Assembly: GCA_016181405.1 (NCBI GenBank)
Contig: JACOZJ010000003.1
Span: 176,126 to 240,125 of the forward strand
Length of the DNA: 64,000 bases
Reading direction: 5' to 3'
From: Candidatus Wildermuthbacteria bacterium
GTDB taxonomy: Bacteria > Patescibacteriota > Minisyncoccia > Minisyncoccales > UBA10102
Part shown: positions 30,923 to 40,485 of the stretch, piece by piece
Layout: each line of letters begins with the position of its first letter
Numbering within the stretch: position 1 is the first letter of the stretch
Made by a program: the position numbers and the translations under genes
The notes under the pieces: generated by a model
Told to the model about the DNA's origin: nothing
The model's database searches: none
Seen by the model: the letters and a program-made list of their open reading frames with translations, nothing else

Positions 30923-31948
30923 TCAGAGGCCCCGCCGCTTTGCCCGAATCGTTTCAAAAATCGCAGTAGGCCAATACTTCCATGATAATGGATAATCGTA
31001 CGTTTTTACATATTCATAGGGCGTGCCTCCAAACCCCATCTTAAACAGCGTGGGCCCGGCCCATGGGTGTTTGGGATATTTCTTTGGATCCACATAGCCC
31101 CAAAAGTCATACAGCGTGCATCCCCTCGTTTTTGCTTCTTTTATTGCTTCCCACTGCACCAAATACGGAATAGAAAGTTTTGCGTATTCCCCAAGAGATG
31201 CTCCTTGATGGTAAAATCCTATCCCCGACCAGAACACAACTAACGAGGCCGCCACAGGTTTACCTTTATAAAATCCAAAAAACAGAGAAACCTCGCCATC
31301 TTTTTGCAATGCGGCTATCTCTTTTGCCGTATCTTTGTTTGAGAAAGGAGTAAATCTTTGCCGCTCCCCCACCGCGCGGCTCAAAGCGTGAAACTGTTCT
31401 ATATCGTTTGGCTCCAAACCCTGCCGCACCTCGATATCTTTATTTTTGAGCGTTTGGCGAACAAGATATCGCGTGGTTTTTCGCATGTTTCCCAAAAGCT
31501 CTTCCTCGCTTGGCGTAATATCCAATTTCCAGCTTGATTCGTATGTTGAGTACATGGGCGCCCGCCTGAACCCTAACTGGTTAAAAATCTCTTTATTTTC
31601 GGCACTTCTTTCCCACAAAGGGTTTACTCGAATAAAACTCGCTTTTTCTTGTCGCGCGATTTCCTTCAGCTTCTCCAAAAGAGTTTTCAGAACTTGAGAA
31701 TGAGAACTTTGAGCTTGTGTGGTGGGCCCATGCGCAATCTCCAAATACGTTCCTCTTCTCGCGGTTTTTTTTGACGCGAGAGCCACCGCAATAAGTTGCT
31801 CTTCATTATATATTCCGAACCTCCATATCTTTTCGCCCACCGCCTTTCTAAACTCGCCCCAATCCCAAGATTGAAAAAAGGTTTTCTCTTTACACTCCGC
31901 TAAAAACCCTTCCCAAGCTTCTTTGCTTGTAATTTCCTTTATCTTCAT
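30923..31948 (-). CDS. FemABX family peptidoglycan peptidyltransferase
   Basis: FFQSW.WG, HGP, MRKTTRY, QWEAI.EAK..G...YDFWG, FK.GFGG. Confidence 0.9.
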   Translation of the reverse strand: MKIKEITSKEAWEGFLAECKEKTFFQSWDWGEFRKAVGEKIWRFGIYNEEQLIAVALASKKTARRGTYLEIAHGPTTQAQSSHSQVLKTLLEKLKEIARQEKASFIRVNPLWERSAENKEIFNQLGFRRAPMYSTYESSWKLDITPSEEELLGNMRKTTRYLVRQTLKNKDIEVRQGLEPNDIEQFHALSRAVGERQRFTPFSNKDTAKEIAALQKDGEVSLFFGFYKGKPVAASLVVFWSGIGFYHQGASLGEYAKLSIPYLVQWEAIKEAKTRGCTLYDFWGYVDPKKYPKHPWAGPTLFKMGFGGTPYEYVKTYDYPLSWKYWPTAIFETIRAKRRGL

Positions 31949-32033
31949 TCTTCTTTCACGAATACCATTTTAGAGCCTATTTTTAAAGCCCAAAAGAAAA
32001 GCCCTTGCTTTGAAAATCTCTGCAAGGGCTTGA

Positions 32034-32489
32034 TCAAGGCCGGAAATCCTCGAACAGCCACGCACGAGGGCGCAGCAAGCGGACACGACCGTCGAAACCA
32101 TATCCGGATACATAGAGATGGAAAGCCCAACGTCCATCCTCGTGGCGGAATCCTGGAATGCGGCGGTCGCCATCGCAATCGCGCAGCACTGTCCCCGCCA
32201 ATACAAGAATATGGCTACTCCACCTCTTTGGAAAGTCCTGTCGATGCTCCCAAAGATATTTTGCGAAACGCTGGCCGAAGCGTATGTTGAGTTCTTTCGC
32301 ACGTTCAACCAACACTAGGCCACCGATCACATACTCGCCTTGGCGAAGGCATGGTACCAATTCGAGCTCTCCAATAGCTATCTTTGGCGGGTTCTCCTCG
32401 TTGTCCGCGTCGACCTTCCACCCTCCTTCCACCATGTCGGATATAGAAGGTACGCCTTGCCCCATATCGTATATAAGGTCCGCCTTCAT
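32034..32489 (-). CDS. Hypothetical accessory protein
   Basis: GGAGGA SD before MKADL; followed by a hairpin near 32000-32030. Confidence 0.6.
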   Translation of the reverse strand: MKADLIYDMGQGVPSISDMVEGGWKVDADNEENPPKIAIGELELVPCLRQGEYVIGGLVLVERAKELNIRFGQRFAKYLWEHRQDFPKRWSSHILVLAGTVLRDCDGDRRIPGFRHEDGRWAFHLYVSGYGFDGRVRLLRPRAWLFEDFRP

Positions 32490-32561
32490 CGCACATCCTC
32501 CCCCGCTTAGGATCTGTGACGAGCGCATCCAGCTACTTTATATCACACCTCCTGGAAAAAG

Positions 32562-33827
32562 TTAACCCGCACTCTTAAGGAACTGAATAATTTGGTCTGC
32601 GTGTTTCGCAGTAATATTAATATGCGTGGGCAGATTCAACGTTATTTTGGCAAGCTTTTCCGCTTTCGGACAACTTTCCTTCTTATATTGCACCGCTTCC
32701 AATCTTGTATCATCGGGAGCCACGGGGCTTGTGTACCAATCCCCTAACAACAAGTTTTGCGCCCATGCATTTTGAATAATCTCGTGCGCCTTTGGGTGTT
32801 TCACGGTAAACCGCAAAAAGATATTCTCTCGCTCCTCAAAAGATTTTGGCAGCTCAAAAGAGGTGCCTGCGAGCGCCTTATAGTATTGTCGGGCAATCTT
32901 TTTGCGGTGTTCATTGAAACGCTCCAGTTTCTCCAACTGCCGAATGGCCAAAAGCGCAAGCGCGTTTGGCATGCGCTTTGGGAAATATCCAGGACGCATT
33001 CCTCTTTTCTCTTTCCAATGCACCGCCTTGGAAAGAACGTGAAGCACTTGGAAAGCAACCAGCACATACTTGCCCAACACGCGGTAGGTCGGCAAAATTT
33101 TCCAGTTCAACGCCGGAGGATGCAACAGCTGTTGAGCAACCCACGAAGCCGAAGGATAATCCGCGGTTTTCTGAAACGCGCGCAGCTTTTCCGCCAAAAT
33201 ACCATCATTTGTAATTACCGTGCCGCCATATACCGAAGAAATTACCTTATCCCGGGAAAAGCTGAAAAACGCCGCTTTTCCAAACGTACCCACCTGTTTC
33301 CCTTTGTATGCTGCACCCAGCGCATGCGCGCAATCCTCAATTAAAACAAGGTTATACTTGCTGCACAGCTCCATCACCCTATCCATATTTGCCGGCAGCC
33401 CGAACGTATGCTGTACAATAACCGCGCGGCTTTTGGGAGTAACCTTGCGCCGCAAATCCTCAACATCGATATTAAAGTCATCTTCGTTGCAATCCACATA
33501 CACGGGCCGCAATCCAGTCCACATCACGGGGTTGGGCACAGCGTTGCAGGTAAACGCCTGCAGCAGGATTTCACTCCCTTTTTCAAAGCCCAAGGAATCC
33601 AAAATCGCCAACAGCGCGGATCTGCCGCTGTTGAATGCGAACGCACATTTTACCCCCAAGCACCGTGCAAATTCTTGTTCCAGCTGTTGTGGTGTATTTT
33701 CTACGGCCGTAGAAAATACACCATACTCTCTCTTCCACCGCCATGGCTGAAACAACAACCTAAACGCAAGCCATACGTCATCTGGCTCCGTATTCGGCGA
33801 TAATGATATGGAAATTGGCCTAATCAT
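32562..33827 (-). CDS. DegT/DnrJ/EryC1/StrS PLP aminotransferase
   Basis: NSGR.AL, QHTFG, IEDCAH.LG, SF.RDK.ISS..GG. Confidence 0.92.
   Translation of the reverse strand: MIRPISISLSPNTEPDDVWLAFRLLFQPWRWKREYGVFSTAVENTPQQLEQEFARCLGVKCAFAFNSGRSALLAILDSLGFEKGSEILLQAFTCNAVPNPVMWTGLRPVYVDCNEDDFNIDVEDLRRKVTPKSRAVIVQHTFGLPANMDRVMELCSKYNLVLIEDCAHALGAAYKGKQVGTFGKAAFFSFSRDKVISSVYGGTVITNDGILAEKLRAFQKTADYPSASWVAQQLLHPPALNWKILPTYRVLGKYVLVAFQVLHVLSKAVHWKEKRGMRPGYFPKRMPNALALLAIRQLEKLERFNEHRKKIARQYYKALAGTSFELPKSFEERENIFLRFTVKHPKAHEIIQNAWAQNLLLGDWYTSPVAPDDTRLEAVQYKKESCPKAEKLAKITLNLPTHINITAKHADQIIQFLKSAG
33690..33723. repeat. Perfect 34-bp palindrome inside the aminotransferase CDS
   Basis: TGGTGTATTTTCTACGGCCGTAGAAAATACACCA. 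Confidence 0.9.
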
Positions 33828-33946
33828 TTTGAAACAAAAACATCATAATCCTCTATAAAAGATACCCCATACAAGTTACTTGCTCATTCAATCTTTTCAT
33901 TCTCAATAACTAATATACTATAAATTCTACGACCGTGATAAATGCA

Positions 33947-34477
33947 CTATACTTCGATTTCTTTGATCATGAATAATTTTACATACGGATCAAGCGAATA
34001 CATTCTCACCATCTCCTCCGTTTCCTTCAGCACATCATACGGACAAACCCAAACACTTTGCTGAAACATTTGATAATCAAGCAACACAAGATGCTCACGC
34101 AAAATATCGCGCAGTTTGCGTTTTTCTTCGGGAATATCGAAAATAAGCATTTGCCACTTACCGTCTTTTCGCCTTTTTCTTTCCGCAAGCCGTAACCGCG
34201 CTTTCCACACTCGCTCTAACCCTTTTTCGGTAAGTATAACCCCCTCCGTGCCCTCCAAGCTTTTGATCTTAATGTAACCTTTCTTCTTCAGGTAATAAAT
34301 AAGCTGACTAAATTCTTTTCTGCTTCGTCTGCGTTGGTACTCTTTTTTCATCTTCCAAAGTTCAGGATATGCAGCTTCTCGCATTGTCCGGGGAGCAAAA
34401 TAATCGTGCTTCTTCCCAATCCATTCCATTGCTTTATATACATCCCAAAGAAATTTGTCCGTGAGGGGAATTTTCAT
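33947..34477 (-). CDS. PaaX-like regulator (wHTH plus Cas2-like ferredoxin domain)
   Basis: LKKKGYI...LT.KG wHTH; DGKW...IFDIPE..R..RD.LR..L....Y...Q.SVWV.PY. Confidence 0.82.
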   Translation of the reverse strand: MKIPLTDKFLWDVYKAMEWIGKKHDYFAPRTMREAAYPELWKMKKEYQRRRSRKEFSQLIYYLKKKGYIKIKSLEGTEGVILTEKGLERVWKARLRLAERKRRKDGKWQMLIFDIPEEKRKLRDILREHLVLLDYQMFQQSVWVCPYDVLKETEEMVRMYSLDPYVKLFMIKEIEV

Positions 34478-34521
34478 GATTCTATTGTTATAGCACAATT
34501 TCCACGGCCGTTTAATTCGTA

Positions 34522-36186
34522 TTATACATCTCTTCCCTCACCCCACAATAATTCCAGGAGCTTTAATTGGAGGCGGCTTTCTTTACCACCTTCCAGCAAA
34601 ATCGCGTTTGATCCTTTTATCTTTTCCAAAATTCCTTGCGCGCTATCCATATATACTACTTTCTCACTTCCCCCTACACCTTCTTGAATATCTTTGAAAT
34701 GTTCTTTGGTAGTAATAATCGCTAGGTCGCACACTTCTGCTATTTTCTGGCCAATACGTCTGTGCGCTTCCGTGGCTGCCGGCCCAAGCTCAATTAAACA
34801 AGGCATTACCAAAACTTTCTTTCCTTCATATAAATTCAAATACTCCAAATCCGCAATCACTCCATCTGGGTTTGCAGAATATGTGGAATCAATAACCGTA
34901 GCACCACTTTGAACCTTTTTTACTTTCATCGCGCTTAGCTCCAATGGCATTAACTCTGAAGCTTTTGCAATTTTTTCCAGCTTCATCCCCAACTCGCGCG
35001 CCGCGGCTATAGCAAGCAACAAATTCTGCACATTGTGACCGCCATATACTGGCACTCGGAAACTCACCCCCTCTACCTCAAAAAAGATATGATCTTTTGC
35101 TACTTTTGCCTGCGGAATTTGCGGAGTACTAACTTTGCATTTTGCATTGTAGTGAATTTTGTCAGCCAGTCGGCTGATTGCATTTTGATTTACAAACAGT
35201 ACTCCCTCTTTGGGTAATGCCTCTGCCAACTCCCCTCCCCCTTCCGCACTCAACAAATTCTCCATTGAGCCAAACGTAGCCAGATGCTGCTCGTTTACTC
35301 CGGTAACAATACCAATATCTGGTTTCACAATGTCCGCAAGCAGCTTAATTCCCCCTTTATTATACGCTCCCATCTCGCACACAAATATATCGTGCTCGTC
35401 GGTTAAACTTCGCAAAATGGTTTGGGCAATTCCCATTTCTGAATTCATGTGCTTTGGCGTTTTTAAAACCTGAAATTTCTGCCCTAAAATGTACGCCAAA
35501 AATTCTTTGGTGGAAGTTTTCCCATAGCTGCCTGTAATGCCAACTACTTTCAAATTTTTAAACTTCTTTCTCTTCTCTCTCGCCTGCCGAATAATCCTGT
35601 TTCTCGCCAGCACCGCAAACGGCTGAAACGCAAGCACCACCGCAGAAACAATAATTGGATTTAAGAGATCGAGAGTAATTAACGTGATGCTTGCGATAGA
35701 ACCGGTTACATAAAACGCATCCTTTTTGTTCGCGAAAAATAGGCTGGCAGGCTCCAAACTCGCCCCGAAGAGAGCAAGTAAAACAAACTGCGCGAATATA
35801 ACACTAACCACCAGAATGACAGTCTTTTTCGTAAATACGGGCATCCGCATTGTTCTCCGTAATACGCTAAGCACAGCCCTTATCCCTTCCAGCGCGTACA
35901 CGAGAAATGAAAGAAAGCCCGCAGAAACAAATACGAACAAAAATGCCCACCCCAGTATAGAAGAGTTTTGAAGCGCTTCTCTTGCATAGCTTCCGATAAA
36001 TACTACTCCGAGAAAGACACAAAGCAAAAAAATCTTCAAATAGACAAGCGGCTGCAGAAGAAGCCGTTTACCCTGCGCAGTTGAAAAATGCGCAAGAAAC
36101 CTGCCGATATGATATTCTTTGAGCTGCCAAAGATATACCCAAAAGAATATCCATCTTATTTGTCGAAGAATCCAAATTTCTACCAT
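34522..36186 (-). CDS. murF: UDP-MurNAc-tripeptide D-Ala-D-Ala ligase with N-terminal TM region
   Basis: GITGSYGKTSTKE, CEMGAY, QHL..FG, ID.TY.ANP, ELG. Confidence 0.88.
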   Translation of the reverse strand: MVEIWILRQIRWIFFWVYLWQLKEYHIGRFLAHFSTAQGKRLLLQPLVYLKIFLLCVFLGVVFIGSYAREALQNSSILGWAFLFVFVSAGFLSFLVYALEGIRAVLSVLRRTMRMPVFTKKTVILVVSVIFAQFVLLALFGASLEPASLFFANKKDAFYVTGSIASITLITLDLLNPIIVSAVVLAFQPFAVLARNRIIRQAREKRKKFKNLKVVGITGSYGKTSTKEFLAYILGQKFQVLKTPKHMNSEMGIAQTILRSLTDEHDIFVCEMGAYNKGGIKLLADIVKPDIGIVTGVNEQHLATFGSMENLLSAEGGGELAEALPKEGVLFVNQNAISRLADKIHYNAKCKVSTPQIPQAKVAKDHIFFEVEGVSFRVPVYGGHNVQNLLLAIAAARELGMKLEKIAKASELMPLELSAMKVKKVQSGATVIDSTYSANPDGVIADLEYLNLYEGKKVLVMPCLIELGPAATEAHRRIGQKIAEVCDLAIITTKEHFKDIQEGVGGSEKVVYMDSAQGILEKIKGSNAILLEGGKESRLQLKLLELLWGEGRDV

Positions 36187-37016
36187 GGCTGGAAATGTGC
36201 AAATTGGCCGATTAATTGCGATAACTTTTCTGGGACTTGGAAATTCAGAGCGTGTTTGCCGCCGGGGATAATTTCGAGCTTAGAGTTGGGGATAAGCTCT
36301 TGTAGCAAATAAGCATCTTGGATTGGGGTCATCTCATCTTTGTCACCCCAAACAATAAGAGTGGGAACAGTAAGTTTTGGACATTTTGCGGTGAGATCCT
36401 GCATAATAACTTTCTTGAATATGTCGCGCATAATGCCTTGAGTCCGTATGTAATCGCGCCTTCGAATAAGCATGTATATTGCGTGTTTTATATTGTTGCG
36501 AAGGTCTTCGAACGGCACCAGATACAAAAGGAAACTCACAATTTTGGCCACTGCCATTACTAAACTTTTGAAGACGCCGGGGGTGCGACGTACGGCAGCC
36601 GCCGCGATCAACACAAGTTTTTCCACCTTTTCTGGATGCTGAACCGCAAACTGAATAGCAACCTGACCTCCAAAGGAATGACTCGCAAGAATGAACTTTT
36701 GCAAACCGAGTTTTTCGACGAACTCATTCACGAATTCCGCATACTCTTCTACGCCCCATATAGCAGACCCGCCTTCGCCCGTCGGGCTGCGGCGAGGCAA
36801 GGGTGCAGGAGTTTTTCCAAATCCCGGCAAATCAGGCACAATCACGCAATATCCTTTTGCCGCAAGCAATTCTCCAACTCCTACCCACGAATTCGAAGAA
36901 CTCCCCCATCCATGGAGAATCAAAATAGAACCCCCTTGCCTCGCCGAAGGCGGATCCCCTACAGCCGTATAAGAAATTGTTTGAGTCCCGATTGCTATTT
37001 TCTCTTCACGCCTCAT
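36180..37016 (-). CDS. Alpha/beta hydrolase
   Basis: LHGWG, DLPGFG, HSFGG nucleophile elbow, WG..D, H. Confidence 0.92.
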   Translation of the reverse strand: MRREEKIAIGTQTISYTAVGDPPSARQGGSILILHGWGSSSNSWVGVGELLAAKGYCVIVPDLPGFGKTPAPLPRRSPTGEGGSAIWGVEEYAEFVNEFVEKLGLQKFILASHSFGGQVAIQFAVQHPEKVEKLVLIAAAAVRRTPGVFKSLVMAVAKIVSFLLYLVPFEDLRNNIKHAIYMLIRRRDYIRTQGIMRDIFKKVIMQDLTAKCPKLTVPTLIVWGDKDEMTPIQDAYLLQELIPNSKLEIIPGGKHALNFQVPEKLSQLIGQFAHFQPW

Positions 37017-37078
37017 TTTGACATTTTCAAAGAAATAATATATAAAAACTCTGCTGAAACGGCACGGAAGGAGTTATT

Positions 37079-37360
37079 ATGGAGCTGCTTGGCTTGGGAG
37101 CGGCAATTGGATACGTTCTTTACCTCATTTGGGCATTTACCCATGCAGTCCGAGTACAGCGGCACAATATATTACAAGCGAAGGAATCGCTCGTGAAGCA
37201 GGGCAACAGTACGACTCTGGCCAATCTGCACATCTGGAGCAGGATTCTGGGAGTATCCCTCGTGATCGCCCTCATCTTGCTTCCATTCGTGCTTCTTGTA
37301 CGTAGTATCGTCGCTATTCGCAATATGCGGGCAAACGCTCCGCCAAAGACCGACCACTAG
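37079..37360 (+). CDS. Small two-TM accessory protein
   Basis: TTGACA upstream, AGGAG SD, two hydrophobic segments. Confidence 0.6.
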   Translation: MELLGLGAAIGYVLYLIWAFTHAVRVQRHNILQAKESLVKQGNSTTLANLHIWSRILGVSLVIALILLPFVLLVRSIVAIRNMRANAPPKTDH

Positions 37361-38613
37361 GCCGGTCTTTCTATTTTTTTCTTTCCCATATACCCCTGCA
37401 ACGCTCCCGGTATTTTCACACTTCCGTCTTTCTGCTGATAATTCTCCAAAATCGCTACTAAGGTACGACCAATCGGGAATCCCGTGGCGTTAAGCATATG
37501 CACGAATTCAAGTTTCCCTGCCTCACCGGCAGGCAGGCCTCCTTTGTTTTTATAACGAATATTCAGCCTGCGCGCCTGATAATCCGTGACATTTGAAGCA
37601 GAGCTTACTTCACGGTATTTATTTTGCCCTGGCATCCACGCCTCAATATCGTATGTGGAAGCCGAAGGCCGCGACATATCTCCAGTTGCAAGATGCACAA
37701 CTTGGTATGGAATTTTTAATGTCTGCCACAGCTTTTCCTCAAACGCAATCAAAAATTCGTGTTCTTCTTTGGATTTTTGCGGCGTACAAAAACTGAATAA
37801 TTCCACCTTATCGAATTGATGCACGCGTAAAATGCCTCGCGTGTCTTTCCCATAGGAACCCGCCTCTTCTCTGAAACACGTGGAAAAAGCAACGTAGCGT
37901 TTCGGGAGCTCACTTTCTTCAAAAATCTCATCTGCGTGCATCGGCCCCACCGACTGTTCCCCAGTCCCAACCAGAAACAACCCTTCTTTCCCAAAGAAGT
38001 AGCGTTCAGCCAAATCTTCCGGAGTATCAACATACCCCATACCCTGCATAGTTTCAGACCGCACAAATACAGGCGGAACAATGGGAATAAATCCTTTTTT
38101 TGTTGCGGTTTTCATTACAAGATCAACCAGAGCGAATTCAAGAAGTGCCGCCTCACCCTTCAAATACGCAAAGCGGGCGCCCGAAACTTTCGCGGCACGC
38201 TTTACGTCAATAATGTCGAGTGCCTCGCCAAGTTCCAGATGATCTTTTGGCTCAAAATTGAATGCTGGGACTTTCCCCACTTGCCGCAACACCACATTTT
38301 TGCTTTCGTCACCCACAGGCACATCGTCAAACGGAATATTTGGAAATTGGGTCAGCAAACTTTTAAGCCCACCCTCAACTTCTTCCATTTGAGGCTCAAT
38401 TTCTTTAATCTGCCCCTTCAGCCCTTTTGCCTTTTCTCTATCCGCCTTTCCTAATTTATTTTGCTCGGATCGCAACCTTTCTATTTTCTGAACTAATTCG
38501 CGCCGCCTCTCATCCAATTCCAAAACCTTGTCGACATCACAATCGGCATTTTTCTTTTTGCACCCCTCTTTCACCTTCTGCGGATTTTCTCTGATAAATT
38601 TAATATCTAGCAT
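37357..38613 (-). CDS. serS: Serine-tRNA ligase
   Basis: MLDIKFIREN, CFR.EAGSYGKDTRG..RVHQF.KVE, DYQARRL.IR. Confidence 0.98.
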   Translation of the reverse strand: MLDIKFIRENPQKVKEGCKKKNADCDVDKVLELDERRRELVQKIERLRSEQNKLGKADREKAKGLKGQIKEIEPQMEEVEGGLKSLLTQFPNIPFDDVPVGDESKNVVLRQVGKVPAFNFEPKDHLELGEALDIIDVKRAAKVSGARFAYLKGEAALLEFALVDLVMKTATKKGFIPIVPPVFVRSETMQGMGYVDTPEDLAERYFFGKEGLFLVGTGEQSVGPMHADEIFEESELPKRYVAFSTCFREEAGSYGKDTRGILRVHQFDKVELFSFCTPQKSKEEHEFLIAFEEKLWQTLKIPYQVVHLATGDMSRPSASTYDIEAWMPGQNKYREVSSASNVTDYQARRLNIRYKNKGGLPAGEAGKLEFVHMLNATGFPIGRTLVAILENYQQKDGSVKIPGALQGYMGKKKIERPA

Positions 38614-38615
38614 AT

Positions 38616-40085
38616 TTATTGTTTTGGCTTCATGGTCGGGAATAGAATTACTTCACGCAAGGAATGAGTATTGGTAAGCAAAGCAATGAGGCGGTCGATG
38701 CCCATGCCAAAACCGGCTGTCGGAGGCATGCCATACTCCAGCGCCTCCACAAAATCCGTATCCATGCGCTGGGCGTCTGCCAACCCCTGGCGAAACATAC
38801 CTTCCTGCGCTTCAAAGGCCTTGCGCTGGACAAGCGGATCATTTTGCTCTGAATACGCCTTCACAAGCTCCCATCCGCCGGCCGCGAGCAACTGAAACGT
38901 TTCCGCTTCCTGCGGATTTTCCGGCCGCTGTTTTGCCAACGGAAACATTTCAGAAGGATGATGAATTACAAACGTTGGCTCCCATATTTTGGGGCGGCAG
39001 TATTTTTTGTATATTTCGTCTATAATCTTTCCTTTGTTCCAAGCTTTCTCAATGGACACCCCAAGTTTCTGTGCCTCGTTGGCGAGAGCGTCGCGGCTTA
39101 GAGTTTCGATATTAAGCTTTGTGTATTTTTTTACCAGCGCGCTATATTCAATTCTCGGCAAAGGCGCCGTAAAATCGATTTCTTTGCCTTCGTAGGTAAT
39201 CTTTGTGGAGCCTGATACTTGTTTTAAAACATATGTAAGCAGCTGCTCGGTCAGCTTCATCATATCTTTGTAGTCTGCGTACGCCCAGTAGAATTCCAGC
39301 ATGGTAAAATCTGGATTGTGCATGCGATCCACGCCTTCATTCCGAAACACCCGGCCGAGTTCATATACTTTTTCAAACCCGCCCACAATCAAACGCTTCA
39401 AGGGGAGTTCAAGGGAAATTCGCAAATACATATCCAAATCGAAAGCGTTCAAATGCGTTTTGAATGGCTGAGCGTCAGCACCCCCATACATATTTTGGAG
39501 CACCGGGGTTTCCACTTCCAAAAAATCCTGCTTGCCGAGAAATTCACGGATTGCTTTGATTAGAGCAGCCCGTTTTTCGAATTTTTCTCTTACCTCTTTG
39601 TTGAAAATCAAATCGAGATAGCGCTTGCGAAACCGCTCCTCCTCATCTTGCAAACCGTGAAATTTTTCTGGCAGGGGCAAAAGAGATTTTGCCAAAATTT
39701 TGTAGTCTGCAATTTCAAGAGTTTTTTCGCCTTTTTTCGTTTTAAACAGAATACCCCGAAGTTGGACAAAATCGCCGATATCAAAATTCTCCAGAAAAAA
39801 AGCATACGGCTTCTCCCCTACTCTATCTTTCTTGAGATACGCCTGGAAACTCCCTGCCCCATCTTCCAAATTCAAAAATGTGGAGCCGCCATGGCCCCGG
39901 ATCGCTCGGATTCTCCCCACAAGAACAATTTCTTTGCCGCTCTTCTGCAGCTTGACAAAATCCGCAACAGCTTGGGCAACCGTATGCGTCCGCTTCACCG
40001 CAGCTGGATACGCTAGTTCCCCGGCGTTCTGAATCTGTTGCAGCTTCTTCAGTCGCTCCTTTTTAATCTCATCTATACTCGCCAT
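38616..40085 (-). CDS. lysS: Lysine-tRNA ligase (class II)
   Basis: R.RYLDL, YLRIS.EL.LKRL.VGG, FRNEG, YGMPPTAG.G.GIDRL. Confidence 0.98.
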   Translation of the reverse strand: MASIDEIKKERLKKLQQIQNAGELAYPAAVKRTHTVAQAVADFVKLQKSGKEIVLVGRIRAIRGHGGSTFLNLEDGAGSFQAYLKKDRVGEKPYAFFLENFDIGDFVQLRGILFKTKKGEKTLEIADYKILAKSLLPLPEKFHGLQDEEERFRKRYLDLIFNKEVREKFEKRAALIKAIREFLGKQDFLEVETPVLQNMYGGADAQPFKTHLNAFDLDMYLRISLELPLKRLIVGGFEKVYELGRVFRNEGVDRMHNPDFTMLEFYWAYADYKDMMKLTEQLLTYVLKQVSGSTKITYEGKEIDFTAPLPRIEYSALVKKYTKLNIETLSRDALANEAQKLGVSIEKAWNKGKIIDEIYKKYCRPKIWEPTFVIHHPSEMFPLAKQRPENPQEAETFQLLAAGGWELVKAYSEQNDPLVQRKAFEAQEGMFRQGLADAQRMDTDFVEALEYGMPPTAGFGMGIDRLIALLTNTHSLREVILFPTMKPKQ

Positions 40086-40151
40086 ATTCCCTTATAATAG
40101 GCTATTTCCCTGCTTTGGTCAAAACAAAAGCGGTTAGCCTAGCCAACCGCT

Positions 40152-40328
40152 TCAACGAGAACGGCGAAATCTGCTGAAAGCGTGGAGTGCAAGCCCTCCG
40201 AATATGAGACCAAGGAACGCAGGATACAGTGCCCTCCAACCAAACCCGCTCCAAATGAATAGACTGACGGAAAATACGGACACAAGCAAACCGAACAGAA
40301 ACAGCACGCCGTAATTTCGATAAACCAC
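40152..40328 (-). CDS. Unannotated 58-aa two-TM membrane protein
   Basis: Manual reading: GAGGTG SD, GTG start, MVYRNYGVLFLFGLLVSVFSVSLFIWSGFGWRALYPAFLGLIFGGLALHAFSRFRRSR, stop followed directly by a terminator. Confidence 0.7.
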   Translation of the reverse strand: MVYRNYGVLFLFGLLVSVFSVSLFIWSGFGWRALYPAFLGLIFGGLALHAFSRFRRSR

Positions 40329-40445
40329 GCTTCACCTCTTCTGACTCAACTAACGCAATCTTACACTATTGCCAAATTTAATCAACAGAGAGAATTTTGT
40401 ACTTTGCTTTGCCATTGGGACCATGCGAAATCTATCGAAAAGAAA

Positions 40446-40475
40446 GCCCTCGCGCAGAAGCTTCTGCGCGAGGGC
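40446..40475. terminator. Perfect 30-bp palindrome, probable terminator
   Basis: GCCCTCGCGCAGAAGCTTCTGCGCGAGGGC downstream of the ORF ending at 40486. Confidence 0.75.
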
Positions 40476-40485
40476 AAAGACGAAG

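Noticed and set aside
33947-34477. CRISPR-Cas locus suggested by the Cas2-like domain
   Set aside because: No repeat-spacer array, cas1 or other cas genes in the window; the protein has an N-terminal wHTH typical of PaaX-like proteins.
40102-40335. 77-aa ORF from the track
   Set aside because: An alternative frame (40152-40328) has the SD, the TM pattern and a stop abutting the terminator.
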